A stretch of 64,000 bases of DNA from Eledone cirrhosa. Its lineage: Eukaryota. This document shows positions 59,475-64,000 of the stretch, piece after piece (the first letter of the stretch is position 1; the number at the start of each line of letters is the position of its first letter). The notes under the pieces are model-generated. The model had not been told where the DNA came from and made no database searches. It saw only the letters and a list, made by a program, of their open reading frames with translations. A program made the position numbers and the translations under genes. The stretch spans positions 27,156,001-27,220,000 of the forward strand of contig OZ024754.1 of the NCBI GenBank assembly GCA_964016885.1, written 5' to 3'.

Positions 59475-59517
59475 GTCAAAGTTCTTTCGTCACACATTCT
59501 GTGACCTCTTCAGTGAC
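59475..59517 (-). ncRNA. Minimal type I HHR in PLE 3' repeat
   Basis: Minus: GTCA-CTGAAGA-G GTCACA GAATG TGTGAC-GAAA-GAACT-T-TGAC; sense and downstream of the endonuclease ORF. Confidence 0.8.
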
Positions 59518-59727
59518 TGGGGATTCTTTTCTTTGTTTTTGTGCCTCTCCTTTGTTCTTGTTTTTGTGTGTGTGTTGTGTGCTTAGTTTGCGCATGTGTT
59601 ACATCCGAGTGTCCGTGTGTGTTTATATTCATTTATTTGTCTATTTGCATGTTACTGGTTGGTTGTTTGTTCTATGTGCGTGTGTGTTTTCATTTTGTCC
59701 TTAATTGTAAGTTGTGATGTTGCTGTT

Positions 59728-60123
59728 CTATTCATGTTTTCTATTTAATTTTGGTTGGAGTTCATTTATGTTTATTGCCTCTGTGATTTGTCTAAACATT
59801 GCGTCTTTTCTGTGTGTAGATTCTCTTTTTATTTCTATGTTCTCGAATTTACCCTTATGTTCTATTTTAGCATGTTGGTAGAGTACAGATGATTCTTTAA
59901 TATCTTGAAGGGCTCGCCAGTATTCATTTATCCGTTCCCCTATACTACGAGCTGTCTCACATATGTACACTATATTTTTATCTCTACATTGTCCTTCAGT
60001 ACATCTTATGCTATATACTACATTTCTAGTTTTACAGTTCATATGGGGGCTTAATTTACAGATTATACATTTCTTATCTATACAGGGAGGTTTTTGAAAA
60101 GGGTATGTATTGCTAATAAGTGT
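59728..60123 (-). pseudogene. PLE GIY-YIG endonuclease domain with upstream Cys-rich linker
   Basis: CIDKKCIIC..NCKTRNVVYSIRC..C..VYICETARSIGERINEY..QH..EH..RQITEAININ..PKLNRKHE; frame open but RT absent. Confidence 0.9.
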
Positions 60124-60232
60124 TTTTATGGAGGTGTGTTTCTTATTGGCAACATGACCCTCCCAAAGTATAACAATACGGTTTCAACACACGTTTTCAG
60201 ATAAAGAATCTTGCTAAACAAATTCAGAAACG

Positions 60233-60295
<63 letters not shown>

Positions 60296-60469
60296 GCGTA
60301 TGTGTGTGTGTGCGTGAATTACAAGTGCCGCTCGTCTTTGTGCTAGAGATTATTGGAACTTGGAACAACGTGGTGAAATAAAGTTTTACTCGAGGAAAGA
60401 CTACATCTCCAGGAATTCCCGACATTTCGTAAGCCGAACAATCTCCTGCCATCACAAGAATGACACCAA

Positions 60470-61040
60470 TCTTTCTCTTACTGTCTCTATCACTCTCTCC
60501 TCTCTCTCTTCTCACTCTCTTCTCACTCTCTCCTCTCTCTCTCTCTCTTCTTTCTCTCTCCTCTCTCTCTTCTTACACTCTCCTCTCTCTCACTTCTTAC
60601 TCTCTCCTCTCTCTCGTCTTACTCTCATCTCTCTCTCTTCTTACTCTCACCTCTCTCTCTTCTTACTCTCTCCTCTCTCTCTTCTTACTCTCTCCTCTCT
60701 CTCTTCTTACTCACTCCTCTCTCTCTTCTTACTTTCTCCTCTCTCTCTTCTTACTCTCTCCTCTCTCTCTTCTTACTCTCTCCTCTCTCTCTCTCTTCTT
60801 ACTCTGTCCTCTCTCTTCTTACTCTCTCCTCTCTCTTCTTACTCTCTCTCACAACCTGCAGTGTTTCTCTCACTCACTCCTCTTTCTTTCACTCTCCGCC
60901 CTCTCACCATTGCCTCTCTCTCACTCTCTTTCTTCTCACTCTCTACTCTTACTATCACCTTTTTCTGTCTCTCCCCCTCCTCTCACTCTGTCCTCTCTCT
61001 CACTATCCTCCTTCTCACACACTCCTTTCTAATCTTTCTC
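60470..61040. repeat. CT-rich minisatellite (TCTTCTTACTCTCTCCTCTCTC-like)
   Basis: Visible ~22 bp tandem units. Confidence 0.9.
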
Positions 61041-61261
61041 GATCTCATATACAGAGAGTAGCAGCAAAAGGAAGGTGTTTTCACTAGAGTAACGTGGAGA
61101 GAGTTAGTGTTACAGAACACCCTTTGATGATCAGAAGAAGAAACAGTATCGAAAGGTACAAATCAATAAATGTATAAATGTTTGATCTTTGCTATGTTTC
61201 TGTTTTCACGACCATACGAAAGTCAGCTGTATAATTTGGTTGGGAACAGTAAAAATAGATA

Positions 61262-61313
<52 letters not shown>

Positions 61314-61322
61314 AAATAGATA

Positions 61323-61383
<61 letters not shown>

Positions 61384-61419
61384 GCCAGAGTATCGCGCTA
61401 TTAGCTTCCTCCGATAATG

Positions 61420-61467
<48 letters not shown>

Positions 61468-61598
61468 GAGGTTATATTTAATTTGTTGGGATTCAACAAG
61501 TTTAACATTTTTTATAACTGATATAAAGCACTCAACAAGTTAGTGGAGTAAATATACAATATATTAATAAATGGAAACTATATTTATAAAACCATATT

Positions 61599-61664
61599 TA
61601 TTTTATTATACATATTTCAAGGGCAACCAAGGCAAATTATGATGCGCTTTCATCAGATAAAATA
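61599..61664 (-). ncRNA. Type I hammerhead ribozyme
   Basis: Minus: TATTTTAT-CTGATGA-AAGCGCA...TGCCCTT-GAAA-TATGTAT-A-ATAAAATA; 8 bp stem I; within repeat 61463-61740. Confidence 0.82.
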
Positions 61665-61749
61665 CAGATTTGTTTTATAAATAAATAAATATTGACATAC
61701 CCGGAGAAAAGACAACCTTAACGGTTGGAGCTTCCTGGATATATATATC

Positions 61750-61787
<38 letters not shown>

Positions 61788-62175
61788 CGTGTGTGGGTAT
61801 GTGTGTGTATAGGTATGTATGTGTGTAGGTATGTGTGTAGGTATGTGTGTAGATATGTGTGTATATGTGTACTCGTATAAAGTACACGGTACTCAGAACT
61901 TACATGTAAGTAAATAAATATATGTAGACAACTAGATGTATGTCTGTGTATGTGTATGTATATGCTAAGTATATATAGATATACATACGTATATTCACAT
62001 ACACACAACATGACCCCCACCCCCATATATATGCACCGAAATGTACTTATGTAAATATTAAGGCGTATAGACATATATGCGCAACATATACACTCATTTA
62101 TATATATATGCATTTACATATCCATATCATTGACATGCATATATACACACTTACATATACGTATCTAAACATCTA

Positions 62176-62241
<66 letters not shown>

Positions 62242-62269
62242 ACATATAGTCGCACACACACAATCATAC

Positions 62270-62905
<636 letters not shown>

Positions 62906-63591
62906 ATAGATAACAATCCCGAAAATTGAAAGCTATTTTCATATGTAACGGCAGGTAGCTCGAAAAATTAATATATTGAGAAACCATACATAGTTGTATT
63001 TAAACTAGTCAGAGGTAGCTAGAAACCATAACAACAGCAACTAAAAGAACAAAATAAATAATAAAAAAAACAGAAAATCACCTTGCTCTGAAAATATCAA
63101 CTGTTGAACTTGGAGAAACCAATTTAGCAATGGTGTAAAACATGTTTAACTATGCCAATAAAATCCTAGGAGAATATAGGTAGAATCGCTAAAAGTTGGT
63201 ATGGTGGTGTAGATAACAAACCTGCTTTGAAACCATGTGATTTTGGTTTCATTCATACGAAGTAATACCATGAGCATGCGTGTTCTACTAAAGCCACAGG
63301 TTCACAAATGCTATGCATGTGATATCAGAATAAGTGTTCAAAGTACCATGATATTTATACATTCAAACTGAATAAGCAATCAATACTTATGAGTAAAGTG
63401 TAAAAATTATATTTTCAAAATAGAAAAGTGACAGTGACTTCGAAGTTTCAGCGTGGTCGCTTCAACATATATTTTCCAATTCGTGTATTTATGCTAACGA
63501 TGATCTGTTTGTCCAACTGTCATGTTACGTGACATATGGACGGATTCAGACGTAAACATCGACATACGCTTGAACCCGCAACAGACACTCA

Positions 63592-63702
<111 letters not shown>

Positions 63703-63829
63703 CACACACACACAGTCAAACTTGAAACTGGGTGGGTAACCCTGGGGGAAATGAATACTTTTAGAAAAGCAAATATAGAAAAAATACTATATATATATAT
63801 ATATATATGTTAATAAAAGGAATTCCAAC

Positions 63830-64000
63830 TTTGTCTGATATAATCGTTTTATTTACAATCCTTTAAAATTATAATGATATTATAATGAAATAGTATGGTA
63901 GAATATTAAATGCTAAATGTTAATATTCTACCATACTATTTCATTATAATATCATTATAATTTTAAAGGATTGTAAATAAAATGAGTAAATTAGACAAAG
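63830..64000. repeat. AT-rich hairpin centred near 63915
   Basis: TTTTATTTACAATCCTTTAAAATTATAATG...TAGAATATTAA and its reverse complement; may continue past the window end. Confidence 0.85.

Larger units (their letters stand above)
59322..60240 (-). mobile_element. 5'-truncated Penelope-like retroelement with inverted terminal segment, in (TA)n
   Basis: GIY-YIG ORF, then 3' repeat with HHR; 59322-59367 is inverted at 60134-60178, followed by a ~60 bp tail. Confidence 0.9.

Noticed and set aside
59520-59727. SECIS element, as reported for some Naiad PLEs
   Set aside because: No in-frame TGA in the retained ORF and no convincing AUGA/GA stem seen.

Overview
AT-rich animal genomic DNA, intergenic or intronic, extremely rich in (TA)n/(CA)n/(GA)n microsatellites. 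The SINE families and repeat landscape suggest an octopus (inference). No intact host gene is evident, and almost all ORFs in the track are microsatellite translations. The window is a mosaic of tRNA-derived SINEs, decayed RTE-clade LINE fragments, small DNA-transposon ends and many Penelope-like element (PLE) remnants. The PLE remnants include three GIY-YIG endonuclease fragments (6.2-6.6, 23.7-24.1 and 59.7-60.1 kb) and about a dozen inverted-repeat insertions, mostly in (TA)n tracts. By eye I find about 30 hammerhead-ribozyme (HHR) or HHR-like motifs from several families. The standout is a three-copy family (19.3, 37.7 and 41.5 kb) whose hammerhead core strands occur in a non-standard, pseudoknotted order (NUH strand, then GAAA strand, then CUGANGA strand), with helices that vary in sequence but keep pairing across copies. 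All folds were read manually and are untested.
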